DNA of 23,984 nucleotides from Bdellovibrionales bacterium (GCA_043739185.1 JAYUEN010000016.1:1-23984), one strand, 5' to 3'; shown: positions 1 through 9,509, numbered from the stretch's first letter. Numbers and translations: made by a program. The notes: generated by a model not told the origin, from the sequence alone.

Positions 1-18
1 AATAATCTGAAAATAAAT

Positions 19-95
19 TGGGGTGATCGACGGGGTTTGAACCCGCGACCACAGGAATCACAATCCTGTGCTCTACCAGCTGAGCTACGACCACC
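19..95 (-). tRNA. tRNA-His (GUG), including G-1 and encoded CCA
   Basis: Reverse complement is G-GTGGTCG-TAGCTCAGCTGGTAGAGCA-CAGGA-TT-GTG-AT-TCCTG-TGGTC-GCGGG-TTCAAAC-CCCGT-CGATCAC-C-CCA. It folds as a cloverleaf with anticodon GTG and the G-1:C73 pair typical of tRNA-His. Confidence 0.97.
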
Positions 96-108
96 ACAAG
101 GAGGTATT

Positions 109-137
109 TTTATATGATTGTGAGGCTAAAGATGCAA
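109..137 (-). promoter_or_regulatory. Putative sigma70 promoter of tRNA-His
   Basis: Minus strand TTGCAT-N17-TATAAA, ending 13 nt before G-1 of the tRNA. Confidence 0.6.
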
Positions 138-171
138 CTGTAAAAGCTGAAAAAGCTCGGATTTTAGGGGG

Positions 172-963
172 CTAATGCTTCGATTTTGGGAGTTTTTGCA
201 GCTCCCAAAGTTTGGCGAACTTTAAAAACACTGAATAGGCAGCGCCAACTGAAATGATGAAGCCGGGCATTCCATCTAAAAAACCGCGCTTTATCAAATA
301 AGTTTCAATAAATTTAGAAATTGGTTTGGTCACGAGTTTAAAAAATGAGAATTTTTTGCCGCGCTCAAAAAGATCTTGAGCCCCCAGTGATGAATAGCGA
401 TTATTGGTTGAAATTTGTTCGGCATGAGAATCAAAGGGCCAATGCAAAATCGCTTGCTCAAGGCGCACATAGTTTTGCGCCACTACCCGCTCATGCACAT
501 GGCGCGCTTGCCACGAAGCCCTTGTGCGATCAAAGAAACGCAATTGCCAATCAGGATACCAGCCGCCATAGCGTATCCAGCGGCCGAGATTAAACGAAAG
601 CCTTGAAAATTCGATGCCGTCGTTTTTTTCAAAATCAAATACAAAGGGTGGAGTTAAAATTCCTTCAGCCAAATTTCTCAGGGTTAAGGATAGTTCTGGA
701 CTCAAAGCCTCATCGGCGTCAAGCGACAGTATCCAGTTGTGAGAGGCCAAGCTACAAGCAAATGTCTTTTGTTGCTGATAGCCGCGCCACTTTTCAACTG
801 TGACTTTTGCGCCCAATTTTTTTGCGATTTCGCAAGTGGCGTCGCTGCTACCACTATCAACTAAAATAACCTCATCAACCCACGGCGCTGATTCGATGCA
901 TCTGGCAATTCCTGATTCTTCGTTTAGTGCTATAATGACGAGTGAAACCGGGTATTTTGCCAT
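172..963 (-). CDS. Glycosyltransferase family 2 (LPS core biosynthesis, WaaE/KdtX-like)
   Basis: Motifs VSLVIIALNEE, VILVDSGSSD, WILSLDADE (DxD), WYPDWQLR, and C-terminal GFLDGMPG. Start set at ATG 963 (MAKYPVS), where GT2 similarity begins; the ORF track extends to 987. Confidence 0.9.
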   Translation of the reverse strand: MAKYPVSLVIIALNEESGIARCIESAPWVDEVILVDSGSSDATCEIAKKLGAKVTVEKWRGYQQQKTFACSLASHNWILSLDADEALSPELSLTLRNLAEGILTPPFVFDFEKNDGIEFSRLSFNLGRWIRYGGWYPDWQLRFFDRTRASWQARHVHERVVAQNYVRLEQAILHWPFDSHAEQISTNNRYSSLGAQDLFERGKKFSFFKLVTKPISKFIETYLIKRGFLDGMPGFIISVGAAYSVFLKFAKLWELQKLPKSKH

Positions 964-1056
964 TGCCAAAAAGCTTCTCAGGTTCATTGCGAACTTGTCA
1001 AAGACAAAGGACTATGGGAGTCTTTTCGCTGGTCCATTTCAAAGAGGAGTCTGCTC

Positions 1057-1701
1057 ATGAAACTCAAAGTCGCTGACCTAAAAATCTGGGGCACATCTGC
1101 ACTCATTCTTTTAAGCATTCAAAGTTTAGTGCCTTGTGCGAATGCCTATTACTCAACTCTCGATACTGGCGATACTCTTGGCGCCAATAAATATGCCGTT
1201 AGCATTGAACCGCAATTCATTTTAGATCGTTATGACGGAGCCAATGTAAACGGACGCTTCGATGCTGGCATTAATGAAGACTCAAATATGCGCGCCATTG
1301 TGGGCTTCGGAATCGTAAACTTTCAAGCTGGAGCCATGTACAAATACATTCCATTTCCGGATACTCCAAACCAACCGGCAATAGGAATTGAAGCTGGAGC
1401 CATCTATGCACGTGTTCAAAATACTTCGGAGCTCGCTTTTCGCGTTCACCCATTGGTTAGCAAAAAAATAAAACTACAAGAATTGAAACTCAATATCTAT
1501 GGCTCGCTCCCTATCGGAGTCAGCTTTCGTGATGGCAATACTTATTATCCCATACAACTTGCCCTTGGTTCGGAATGGAAGATTCCTAAGAATGAAAAAT
1601 TCTCAGTCATGGGTGAAATTGGTCTAAATATAAACGCCGCTTTTGGCTATATCAGCTTTGCCGGAATATATTACTTCGATGATACCAATATCCGCAAATA
1701 G
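1057..1701 (+). CDS. Hypothetical exported protein, probable outer-membrane beta-barrel
   Basis: SD AGAGGAG upstream; signal peptide ending in CANA; alternating hydrophobic beta-strand segments rich in Gly and aromatics; YYF near the C-terminus. Confidence 0.7.
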   Translation: MKLKVADLKIWGTSALILLSIQSLVPCANAYYSTLDTGDTLGANKYAVSIEPQFILDRYDGANVNGRFDAGINEDSNMRAIVGFGIVNFQAGAMYKYIPFPDTPNQPAIGIEAGAIYARVQNTSELAFRVHPLVSKKIKLQELKLNIYGSLPIGVSFRDGNTYYPIQLALGSEWKIPKNEKFSVMGEIGLNINAAFGYISFAGIYYFDDTNIRK

Positions 1702-1788
1702 CTTCAATCTCCCGGAACTCAACGTTGGTATACGGCATCGAGACAAGTATGCCGCCGTATATCAACGTTGAGTTCCGGGAGATTGAAG
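1702..1788. repeat. Long inverted repeat with 35-bp arms and a 17-nt spacer
   Basis: 1702-1736 CTTCAATCTCCCGGAACTCAACGTTGGTATACGGC pairs with 1754-1788 GCCGTATATCAACGTTGAGTTCCGGGAGATTGAAG. 34 of 35 pairs are Watson-Crick; the other is G-U on the + strand. Confidence 0.95.
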
Positions 1789-1799
1789 TCAGAGGCCCT

Positions 1800-1835
1800 A
1801 AAAAAAAGGCCCCAAGTTATTCACTTGAGGCCTTT
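1800..1835 (-). terminator. Rho-independent terminator of dnaK
   Basis: Minus-strand stem AAAGGCCTCAAGT / ACTTGGGGCCTTT followed by a T run (A8 at 1800-1807 on +), about 25 nt after the dnaK stop. Confidence 0.85.
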
Positions 1836-1859
1836 CTCTCACTACTGACAAAGCAGCAA

Positions 1860-3776
1860 TTAATTTACATCCTTATAATCGGCATCAATAACATCATCAT
1901 CTTTTTTGCCGCCAGAAGTTGCTCCTGATGCGGTATCAGCACCACCATTAGCGCCAGCCGCCGCGCCCTCTGGGCCCTTTTTCTGATAAATATCATTGGT
2001 AATCTTATGACTCAAAGTTTGCAATTTATCATAAATCGCCTTGATCTCAGTTACTGACATATCTTGATTTGCAATCACCGCTCGACCACTAGTAATCAAA
2101 TCAGTTGCGGCTGTTGCATCTGCCTCAGGTATGATCTTGGTATTTTCTTTAATGGTCTTTTCAGTTTGATACATTAGCCCGTCGAGATCATTTGAAGCGG
2201 TGATGCGCTCACGACGCTTTTTATCATCTTCAGCATGCTCTTCGGCATCTTTAACCATGCGTTTGATATCATCGTCTGTCAAACCAGACTTCGCAGTGAT
2301 TTTGATGTTTTGAGTTTTGCCAGTTCCCAAATCTTTTGCCGAAACATTTAAGATACCATTGGCATCGATATCAAAGGACACTTCAATTTGTGGAGTGCCA
2401 CGCTGAGCTGGAGGAAGACCCACTAGCTCAAAGCGACCCAAGGTTTTATTATCGCCGGCCATATCGCGCTCACCTTGAAGCACATGAATATCAACGCTTG
2501 GTTGATTATCAGCAGCGGTCGAGAAGGTCTGAGATTTTCTGGTTGGAATAGTGGTATTGCGCTCGATGAGTTTGGTCATGACACCACCCAAAGTTTCGAT
2601 ACCAAGAGACAAAGGTGTGACATCTAACAAGAGAACGTCTTTTACTTCGCCACCAAGTACTCCACCTTGAATTGCAGCACCAACGGCCACCACTTCATCA
2701 GGATTCACTGAACGATTTGGTTCGCGACCAAAGAAATCCTTAACGGCTTTTGCAACCGCAGGAATTCGAGTTGATCCTCCAACCAGAACCACTTCATCAA
2801 TGTCTTTAATTGACCAGCCAGAGTCCGCAAGAGCTTTCTTAGTTGGCTCCATTGAACGCTTCACAAGATCTTCAGTCATTTGGTCAAATTTGGCGCGCGA
2901 CAATTTAAGCGTTAAATGCTTAGGACCACTTTGATCAGCAGTAATGAATGGGAGATTAATCTCAGTCTCCATTGCGCTTGAAAGTTCGATCTTCGCTTTT
3001 TCAGCTCCCTCTTTAAGGCGCTGCAAAGCCATCTTATCGCCCTTCAAGTCAATGCCCTGATCTTTTTTAAATTCAGCGATCATCCACTCTAAGATGCGAA
3101 TATCGAAATTATCTCCGCCCAAGTGGGTATCACCATTTGTTGATTTTACTTCAACGACATTGTCGCCCACTTCAAGAATCGAAATATCAAAAGTACCGCC
3201 ACCTAAATCATAAACCGCAATTTTTTGATCTTTGTTTTTATCAAAGCCGTAAGCAAGTGCCGCGGCTGTTGGTTCGTTAATAATACGTTTGATATTAAGA
3301 CCCGCAATTTTTCCTGCATCCTTAGTCGCCTGTCTCTGGGCATCGTTGAAATAAGCAGGAACAGTTACTACGGCATCGGTTACTTCAGTGCCAAGATAGT
3401 CCTCAGCAACTTTTTTAAGTTTAGCCAAAACCGCAGCTCCAATTTCTTCAGGAGATACAACTTTATCATTAATCTTAAATCCGCAATCATTACCTTTTTT
3501 CACAACATTATAAGGAACCAAAACGGTTTCTTCTTTGGTCTCTTCGAACTTACGTCCAATAAAACGCTTTGAAGAAAAAATCGTATTTTCTGGATTGGTC
3601 ACCGCCTGGCGCTTTGCAATTTGACCAACTAGCTTTTCGCCATCTTTGGTATAGGCCACAACTGATGGAGTCGTTCTCCCGCCTTCTTCGTTCACTAAAA
3701 CTTTAGGGTCCCCGCCCTCCATTACCGCAACAACCGAATTGGTCGTACCTAAGTCAATTCCTATAATTTTACCCAT
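1860..3776 (-). CDS. dnaK: Molecular chaperone DnaK (Hsp70)
   Basis: Motifs [54 protein letters not shown] and C-terminal DVIDADY; SD AAGGAG upstream. Confidence 0.99.
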   Translation of the reverse strand: MGKIIGIDLGTTNSVVAVMEGGDPKVLVNEEGGRTTPSVVAYTKDGEKLVGQIAKRQAVTNPENTIFSSKRFIGRKFEETKEETVLVPYNVVKKGNDCGFKINDKVVSPEEIGAAVLAKLKKVAEDYLGTEVTDAVVTVPAYFNDAQRQATKDAGKIAGLNIKRIINEPTAAALAYGFDKNKDQKIAVYDLGGGTFDISILEVGDNVVEVKSTNGDTHLGGDNFDIRILEWMIAEFKKDQGIDLKGDKMALQRLKEGAEKAKIELSSAMETEINLPFITADQSGPKHLTLKLSRAKFDQMTEDLVKRSMEPTKKALADSGWSIKDIDEVVLVGGSTRIPAVAKAVKDFFGREPNRSVNPDEVVAVGAAIQGGVLGGEVKDVLLLDVTPLSLGIETLGGVMTKLIERNTTIPTRKSQTFSTAADNQPSVDIHVLQGERDMAGDNKTLGRFELVGLPPAQRGTPQIEVSFDIDANGILNVSAKDLGTGKTQNIKITAKSGLTDDDIKRMVKDAEEHAEDDKKRRERITASNDLDGLMYQTEKTIKENTKIIPEADATAATDLITSGRAVIANQDMSVTEIKAIYDKLQTLSHKITNDIYQKKGPEGAAAGANGGADTASGATSGGKKDDDVIDADYKDVN

Positions 3777-3824
3777 TTTAAGCTCCTTTAATAAAACTTT
3801 TAAACTTTAAGCATTTACTTTTTA

Positions 3825-3855
3825 AATATGTATTCGATTTGCAACTCGTCAAGTG
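3825..3855 (-). promoter_or_regulatory. Putative heat-shock (RpoH-like) promoter of dnaK
   Basis: Minus strand CACTTGAC-gagttgcaaa-TCGAAtACATATT; same layout as the motif before dnaJ. Confidence 0.7.
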
Positions 3856-3862
3856 CAGCTAC

Positions 3863-4945
3863 TTAAAAAAATCCCTTTTTTGGGTCGAGGACTTTTTCGC
3901 CTCGAAGTTTAGCCAATTCGCGCAGAAGTTTTTCTTCTTCTTTTTTTAGCTTTTGCGGAATCTCAACTTCGATTTCAAAGTAAAGATGGCCTCGGCCTCC
4001 GCCTCTGAGTGAAGGTACCCCCCTGCGATCCATTTTGATACGATCTCCGTGAGCTGAGCCTGCAGGCACTAAAAGTTCCTCTTTGCCTTCAAAAGTATCA
4101 ACATTTAGATGTGATCCAAGCAAAGCTTGCAGATAAGAGATTTTCACACGCGAGAGCAAATCAAGTCCATGACGTTCAAACTGCTCATCATCAGCAATGC
4201 GAATTTCAACATAGAGGTCGCCGGATGGGCCGCCCTTAAAGCCGCCCTCGCCTTCACCGCTCACTCTCAATTGAGTGCCATTATCAACGCCTGCCGGAAT
4301 ATTCACTCGAATCTTGCGCTTTATTTTTGAGCGACCACTTCCTCTGCACTTTTCGCAAGGACTTTTAATAATTCGGCCTTGGCCATGGCAAACCGGACAA
4401 GTCGTAGCCACCGAAAAGAATCCTTGAGAAGCAACCACTTGACCTTGTCCGCGGCAGTGTTTGCAAGTTTCAGCACTCGTGCCCTTTTGGGCTCCAGAGC
4501 CTGCGCAATCGACACAGCCCTCTTCAGTTTCAAATTCGACATCGCGTTCTGAGCCTTTGATAACGTCTTTTAATTTTACTTCGCACATATAACGTAAGTC
4601 AGAACCTCGCCCTGACTGACTCTTGCTTCGCGGGCGCCCTCTACTGGCACCAAAAAAATCTGAAAAAATGTCGCCAAAACTTGAGAAAATATCTTCGGAG
4701 TTTTGAAAACCGCCGCCATTTGCAAAAGCTGCATGTCCGAAACGGTCATATTTCGCGCGTTTTTCTGGATCACCTAAAACTTCATAGGCCGCCGCACAAG
4801 TTTTAAATTTGTTTTCGGCTTCGTGATTTCCGGGGTTTTTATCTGGATGAAACTGCATCGCAAGTTTGCGATAGGCCTTTTTTATCGTATCTTGGTCAGA
4901 GCTCCGCTCCACCCCTAAAACTTCATAGTAATCTTCTTTTGACAT
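3863..4945 (-). CDS. dnaJ: Molecular chaperone DnaJ (class A)
   Basis: J domain with HPD, G/F-rich region, four CxxCxGxG motifs ([32 protein letters not shown]), and GDLYVEI. Confidence 0.98.
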   Translation of the reverse strand: MSKEDYYEVLGVERSSDQDTIKKAYRKLAMQFHPDKNPGNHEAENKFKTCAAAYEVLGDPEKRAKYDRFGHAAFANGGGFQNSEDIFSSFGDIFSDFFGASRGRPRSKSQSGRGSDLRYMCEVKLKDVIKGSERDVEFETEEGCVDCAGSGAQKGTSAETCKHCRGQGQVVASQGFFSVATTCPVCHGQGRIIKSPCEKCRGSGRSKIKRKIRVNIPAGVDNGTQLRVSGEGEGGFKGGPSGDLYVEIRIADDEQFERHGLDLLSRVKISYLQALLGSHLNVDTFEGKEELLVPAGSAHGDRIKMDRRGVPSLRGGGRGHLYFEIEVEIPQKLKKEEEKLLRELAKLRGEKVLDPKKGFF

Positions 4946-4967
4946 GCCTTTTCCTCAATCAAAGCAC

Positions 4968-4998
4968 AATATGTTTTCGAGTACAAAAAGGTCAAGTG
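4968..4998 (-). promoter_or_regulatory. Putative heat-shock (RpoH-like) promoter of dnaJ
   Basis: Minus strand CACTTGAC-ctttttgtac-TCGAAaACATATT; matches the dnaK upstream motif with identical spacing. Confidence 0.7.
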
Positions 4999-5004
4999 AA
5001 CGAA

Positions 5005-6012
5005 TCAAACTTTGGTGAAATATTTCTGTAATTTTTGGCTCAAACGCTTGATAGAAGCCAGATCCCGACCTGCCTTCCCGAGCCAAGCAAGTGGCAACTC
5101 AATGCTTTGGTCTTGAAAGCTCACAGAACAGTGTTTTTCATCCCTGCTCACCCGGCCCATGAGCAAAAGTTCAGCACACTTCTTTTGAGCTTTTTGAATG
5201 TTTTTTGGAGATATAAAAACCAGCGTCTGGTAGTCGCCAAGATCTCCCATCCAAAGCATGAGGGGGTGAAAAGCATTGTCCCGACAAAACTTCAGTGCCT
5301 TCGGATGCAAGCTATCACTTGAAAACTCAAGGCAAAAGCCAACTCTGTTGAGCTTTGATATGATATTAAGACTACTCGCCAAGCCATCACTGGTATCAAT
5401 GCTTGCTCGGATGAGGGGCCGCAATTTCTGCATCAACCAGGGCTTGGGCTGGGGCCGATAGTGTTTTTCTGGCAGCTGTTTCAAAGGCAATCGGTGCAAA
5501 AACCTGAGTGCGAGTGCCGGGCCAATACCTAATTTTTCTCGCCCCACCAAAGCAATATAATCACCAGGTTTTACCGACGTTCTCATGAGCGGCAGTTTTT
5601 TGGATTCACCGATCGCAGTAGAGCTAAAAAAGTACTCCGCCGATTCTCCTGAGTCGCCACCCAATAGCACCATCTTCGAGGCCTTAAGGGCCGCATTCAC
5701 GCCTTTAAAAAAACGAGTTTTAATCTTTGAACCTGCGCCAATTTTCCATTCGGTTGCGAGTAAAAGCCCAAGGGGACTTGCGCCACTTGCTGCCAAATCT
5801 GAAACTGAGGACATCACTGTGATCCAGCCCCATGTATATGGGTCATGGTAAAGTGCTTGATAAATCTCTTCACTCACAGAATCTAGCGTGAGTGCCAAAT
5901 AAGTAGAGTTCAGTTTTAAAATTTCGCAATCGCTTTCAAAAAGGCGATTTTTTTGTAGTCGACTGCGCGGTGAATTTTTTAAGAGAACTTTTAGACTTCG
6001 AAGCTCTCTCAA
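5005..6012 (-). CDS. Thiamine-monophosphate kinase-like protein (ThiL / AIR-synthase superfamily), divergent
   Basis: Motifs SVSDLAASGASP, LLGGDS, SIDTSDGLASSL and GDYQTL (GeDyeL-like). Likely TTG start at 6012 (MRELRSLK) just after the upstream stop; the ORF track start at 6087 overlaps the lipoprotein gene. Confidence 0.7.
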   Translation of the reverse strand: MRELRSLKVLLKNSPRSRLQKNRLFESDCEILKLNSTYLALTLDSVSEEIYQALYHDPYTWGWITVMSSVSDLAASGASPLGLLLATEWKIGAGSKIKTRFFKGVNAALKASKMVLLGGDSGESAEYFFSSTAIGESKKLPLMRTSVKPGDYIALVGREKLGIGPALALRFLHRLPLKQLPEKHYRPQPKPWLMQKLRPLIRASIDTSDGLASSLNIISKLNRVGFCLEFSSDSLHPKALKFCRDNAFHPLMLWMGDLGDYQTLVFISPKNIQKAQKKCAELLLMGRVSRDEKHCSVSFQDQSIELPLAWLGKAGRDLASIKRLSQKLQKYFTKV

Positions 6013-6019
6013 ATTTCGT

Positions 6020-6556
6020 TCAGGGTTTTTCAAAGATGCCAGTAAAATAAAAATTTTGCAGATCGGGATGGCAGTTCGGAGCGCCATTTGCCCCCTGAAT
6101 GTCTTGGCAAATTTGCAGCTCTTTGGTTTCGCGCAAAATGATGGCGCTCACGCCTAGTTTCAAACCAATAGGCGTAAAAATGAGCTCGAGTGAATTGCCT
6201 TTAATTTCGGGGCAGTGATTAGGAGAAAATCCGAAGGTCGCAGATTCTAAAATGCTTCCGGAATCATTTACTTGAATTGAAATGAGATCACCGATTTGAG
6301 ACTGACACTTCTCATTGCCCGTAATATCGTTAACCTTACCTTTGAAATGAGCGCGAAATTTCGCCGCCTCAAAAGAAAGACTGAGAACTCCCTGATTCAA
6401 ATCCATCGCACCTTTATAGTCGGCGACATAATTTTTTACTAACTCAACATAATTGGCCGGAACTTCTCCGTTTGACGTGGCAATTTGTTTGCACGCGGCT
6501 AGCAATAAAACGCAAAGCAAGAGACTTAAATTCAGATTAATTCGAACTGATTTCAT
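6020..6556 (-). CDS. Hypothetical lipoprotein
   Basis: SD GAGGAG before ATG 6556; hydrophobic signal with lipobox LAAC; four further Cys that could form disulfides. Confidence 0.75.
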   Translation of the reverse strand: MKSVRINLNLSLLLCVLLLAACKQIATSNGEVPANYVELVKNYVADYKGAMDLNQGVLSLSFEAAKFRAHFKGKVNDITGNEKCQSQIGDLISIQVNDSGSILESATFGFSPNHCPEIKGNSLELIFTPIGLKLGVSAIILRETKELQICQDIQGANGAPNCHPDLQNFYFTGIFEKP

Positions 6557-6763
6557 TTGGCTCCTCACCGAGATAAAATCTCACAATTCACATGGGCTCT
6601 TATCGACAGCAAAGCATTCAAGCATATGGTGAGTCAATACTTAGGGCCCTATGGGACTCGCCTGAACCCAAAATTCTAAAAAGTCTAACGCACTCAAAAT
6701 AGCTAGGCTTTTTCGTGCAAATTCTTGCAAAGACTTTCGTTCAATGTCAGCTTCAGTATTATT

Positions 6764-8152
6764 ATGCAAAAAGCAGTTTTGGTTGGAGTTCAACTCCCAA
6801 AAGTATCCAAAGAAGAAAATGAAGCTTCACTTGTAGAGCTTGGACGCTTAGTTACAACTCTAGGATTTGAAGTCATCGGACAAATGACCCAGAAGCGCCC
6901 GTCGCAAAGAAGTGCTACCGTATTGGGCGATGGAAGACTCAAAACTCTCGCCGAATGGACCGGCGGAACCGGTGAAGTTGCCTCAAGTGTTGTTCATAAA
7001 AAATCGCGCGCGGCCCTTAAATTTGAAAAAAATATCGAAGCTGCTGAAGAAGAATCAGAAGAGGATATTGAGGATCAACTTGAGGGAGATTTAGATGAAG
7101 TGGCTCTTGAATTTCCAAAGGAGCGCGCCGATATCGTTATTTTTGATTGCGATCTTTCACCATCACAACTTCGCAACTTAGAAAGTGCGACAGGTGTACA
7201 AGTACTTGATCGCACCGGCGTGATTATCGAAATTTTCTCAAGACATGCCAGAACCAGATCCGCAAGACTTCAAGTCGAAATTGCCCGGCTTACTTATGTG
7301 GCCCCAAGGCTTCGAGAAACCGGCGGAGGTGGCGATCGCGGCGGCGGCGGCATTGGCGCAAAAGGCTCAGGAGAAACCACTCTTGAACTCGAAAAACGCC
7401 ATATCAGAGATCGCATCAAAGAACTCAAAATTGAATTGAGCAGCATTGACAATGAACATTTGGTCAGACGAGCTCGCCGCAGTGGCGAACGCTCCGTAGC
7501 ACTTGTTGGTTATACCAATGCCGGTAAATCATCTCTAATGAGAGCGATGACTGGCAGTGAAGTTTTGGTGGCAGATAAACTCTTTGCTACCCTCGACACC
7601 ACAGTTCGCCCACTTTATCCCGAAACCAAACCCAATATCCTTTTGTCTGATACCGTCGGCTTCATTAAAAAATTGCCGCATGATTTAGTGGCTTCGTTTA
7701 AATCAACTCTTGATGAAGCTTTGAATGCCTCACTATTGCTTTTTGTTGTTGATGCCGCTGATCAAACCTTTCGCGCCCAACTTGAAGTTACCAAAGAGGT
7801 TTTAAATGAAGTCGGTGCTGCTGAAACACCGAGCCTACTGATTTTAAATAAACGTGATCGCTTAAGTGCAAAAGAGAGCGCTGAGCTGCAGGCTGAATTT
7901 CCTGATGCCATCTTGCTATCGACAAGAGACCCAAAAGACCTTTCATCTTTGCGAGACAAGCTCCTCTCTTATTTCGAAGGAGATATGATCGATGAAGATC
8001 TCTTCATTCCGTATACGACTGCCTCAGCTATAGGAGAAATACGCTCACGAATGCGCGTACTTTCAGAAAACTACAATGAAAAAGGCACCACTTTAAGGGT
8101 GCGCGCCCTAAAAGAGAGCCTCGACTATATTAAAAGAAAATTTGAACTCTGA
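6764..8152 (+). CDS. hflX: GTPase HflX (ribosome-splitting factor)
   Basis: Motifs VLDRTGVIIEIFSRHA, GSGETTLE, VALVGYTNAGKS, LFATLDTT, DTVGFI and NKRD. Start set at ATG 6764 (MQKAVLV). Confidence 0.97.
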   Translation: MQKAVLVGVQLPKVSKEENEASLVELGRLVTTLGFEVIGQMTQKRPSQRSATVLGDGRLKTLAEWTGGTGEVASSVVHKKSRAALKFEKNIEAAEEESEEDIEDQLEGDLDEVALEFPKERADIVIFDCDLSPSQLRNLESATGVQVLDRTGVIIEIFSRHARTRSARLQVEIARLTYVAPRLRETGGGGDRGGGGIGAKGSGETTLELEKRHIRDRIKELKIELSSIDNEHLVRRARRSGERSVALVGYTNAGKSSLMRAMTGSEVLVADKLFATLDTTVRPLYPETKPNILLSDTVGFIKKLPHDLVASFKSTLDEALNASLLLFVVDAADQTFRAQLEVTKEVLNEVGAAETPSLLILNKRDRLSAKESAELQAEFPDAILLSTRDPKDLSSLRDKLLSYFEGDMIDEDLFIPYTTASAIGEIRSRMRVLSENYNEKGTTLRVRALKESLDYIKRKFEL

Positions 8153-8186
8153 AATGGGCATTTATTACCAATCTTAAGCCTTGGCA

Positions 8187-8215
8187 TTGCGCGCAAGGCC
8201 GCTCCTGTGTATATT
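8187..8215 (+). promoter_or_regulatory. Putative sigma70 promoter giving a leaderless helicase mRNA
   Basis: TTGCGC-N17-TATATT-N7-ATG with no SD. Confidence 0.6.
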
Positions 8216-8222
8216 CTCGCGC

Positions 8223-9509
8223 ATGTCACAAAATACATTTCAAGAGCTCGGCTTATCTGAACCTATTCTAAAAGCATTAGTTGAAACCGGCTATACGATT
8301 CCGACGCCAATTCAACTAGCTGCAATTCCGCCCCTATTAGAGGGTCGGGATCTACTCGGTTGCGCACAAACCGGCACTGGCAAGACAGCGGCATTTGCGC
8401 TCCCAATTCTTGATCGCCTCGGAAAGGCAGAGAAGCGCCCGCTTGCACGCCATGCGAAGGTTTTGATCCTCACGCCAACTCGTGAATTAGCAATACAAAT
8501 TCATGAAAGCTTTCGCACCTATGGTAAAAATTTGCGCCTCAAATTCGCCGTTGTTTATGGTGGAGTGGGCCAAGCCCCCCAGGTCAAAAATGTTTCTCAA
8601 GGGGTTGATGTTTTAGTGGCCACTCCGGGGCGACTTATTGATTTAATTGAACAGCGCCATATTAGTCTTAGTCAGCTCGAGGTATTTGTCTTAGATGAAG
8701 CTGATCGAATGTTGGATATGGGATTTATTCACGCTATACGCAGAGTGATCGGAATGCTGCCGAGAAAAAGACATAATTTATTTTTCTCAGCAACGATGCC
8801 GCCAGATATACAAAAACTTGCAGACACCATGCTAGTTGATCCGGTCAAAGTTGCAGTAACGCCTGCGGCTTCAACCGTTGAGCGCATTGAGCAATCGGTC
8901 ATGTTTGTCGAGCGTAATCGCAAGAGTGATCTTTTACGTCATGTCTTAAAAGATAAGAGTCTCAGACGAGTGATTGTTTTCACTCGCACCAAACATGGCG
9001 CCAATAAAGTCGTTGAAGTTTTAGAGCGCAACCAAATCTCTTCAGCAGCTATTCACGGCAATAAATCTCAAACTGCACGCCAAAGAGCTCTTGAAGATTT
9101 TCGCGTTGGCCAAGTTCGAGTGCTTGTGGCGACCGATATTGCCGCTCGCGGAATTGATATTGATGATATCACCCATGTCATCAACTACGAAATTCCTAAT
9201 ATCTCTGAAAGCTATGTTCACCGAATCGGCAGAACGGCTCGAGCCGGAAGTGATGGCATCGCCATTTCTTTTTGTGACTTAGAAGAGCGCGCATTTTTGA
9301 AGGACATCGAAAAATTAATTGGTCTAAAAATTCAAGTTAATATCGAACAGCCCTATCATTCGTTAGTTGTTGCAAATGGCCAAGTTCAATCAAGGGGTAA
9401 GGCCAAAGCAATGATTGAAAATACTCAAAATCGCCGGCCGCGCAGCAGGCGGAGTTTTCACAGTAAACAACGCAATTCTTCAACACATTCGCAAAACCGC
9501 TCCAAATAA
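8223..9509 (+). CDS. rhlE: DEAD-box RNA helicase, RhlE-type
   Basis: Q motif (F..LGL, PTPIQ), AQTGTGKT, PTRELA, TPGRL, DEAD, SAT, HGNKSQ, ARGID, HRIGRTAR, and a basic C-terminal tail. Start set at ATG 8223. Confidence 0.92.
   Translation: MSQNTFQELGLSEPILKALVETGYTIPTPIQLAAIPPLLEGRDLLGCAQTGTGKTAAFALPILDRLGKAEKRPLARHAKVLILTPTRELAIQIHESFRTYGKNLRLKFAVVYGGVGQAPQVKNVSQGVDVLVATPGRLIDLIEQRHISLSQLEVFVLDEADRMLDMGFIHAIRRVIGMLPRKRHNLFFSATMPPDIQKLADTMLVDPVKVAVTPAASTVERIEQSVMFVERNRKSDLLRHVLKDKSLRRVIVFTRTKHGANKVVEVLERNQISSAAIHGNKSQTARQRALEDFRVGQVRVLVATDIAARGIDIDDITHVINYEIPNISESYVHRIGRTARAGSDGIAISFCDLEERAFLKDIEKLIGLKIQVNIEQPYHSLVVANGQVQSRGKAKAMIENTQNRRPRSRRSFHSKQRNSSTHSQNRSK

Noticed and set aside
345..1060. 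Short + strand ORFs overlapping the GT2 gene
   Set aside because: Antisense shadows of a well-supported gene. The same applies to the other short ORFs nested in dnaK, dnaJ, hflX, the helicase, the ALDHs, the permease and the oxidase.
1702..1788. Inverted repeat as a CRISPR repeat, retron ncRNA or IS end
   Set aside because: There is one inverted pair only, with no direct-repeat array and no cas, reverse transcriptase or transposase gene in the window.
1725..1928. 67-aa ORF spanning the inverted repeat
   Set aside because: It runs through the hairpin and terminator and antisense into dnaK; no SD or recognisable motif.
3838..3860. CIRCE-like sequence TTTGCAACTC..AAGTGCAGC before dnaK
   Set aside because: The arms are degenerate and the spacer is 3 nt rather than the 9 nt of TTAGCACTC-N9-GAGTGCTAA.
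6725..6766. hflX as a leaderless gene
   Set aside because: TATTAT ends only 1 nt before ATG 6764, too close for a -10 element; the promoter is unresolved.
7321..7360. GGC-rich tandem sequence
   Set aside because: It encodes the normal Gly-rich segment of HflX.
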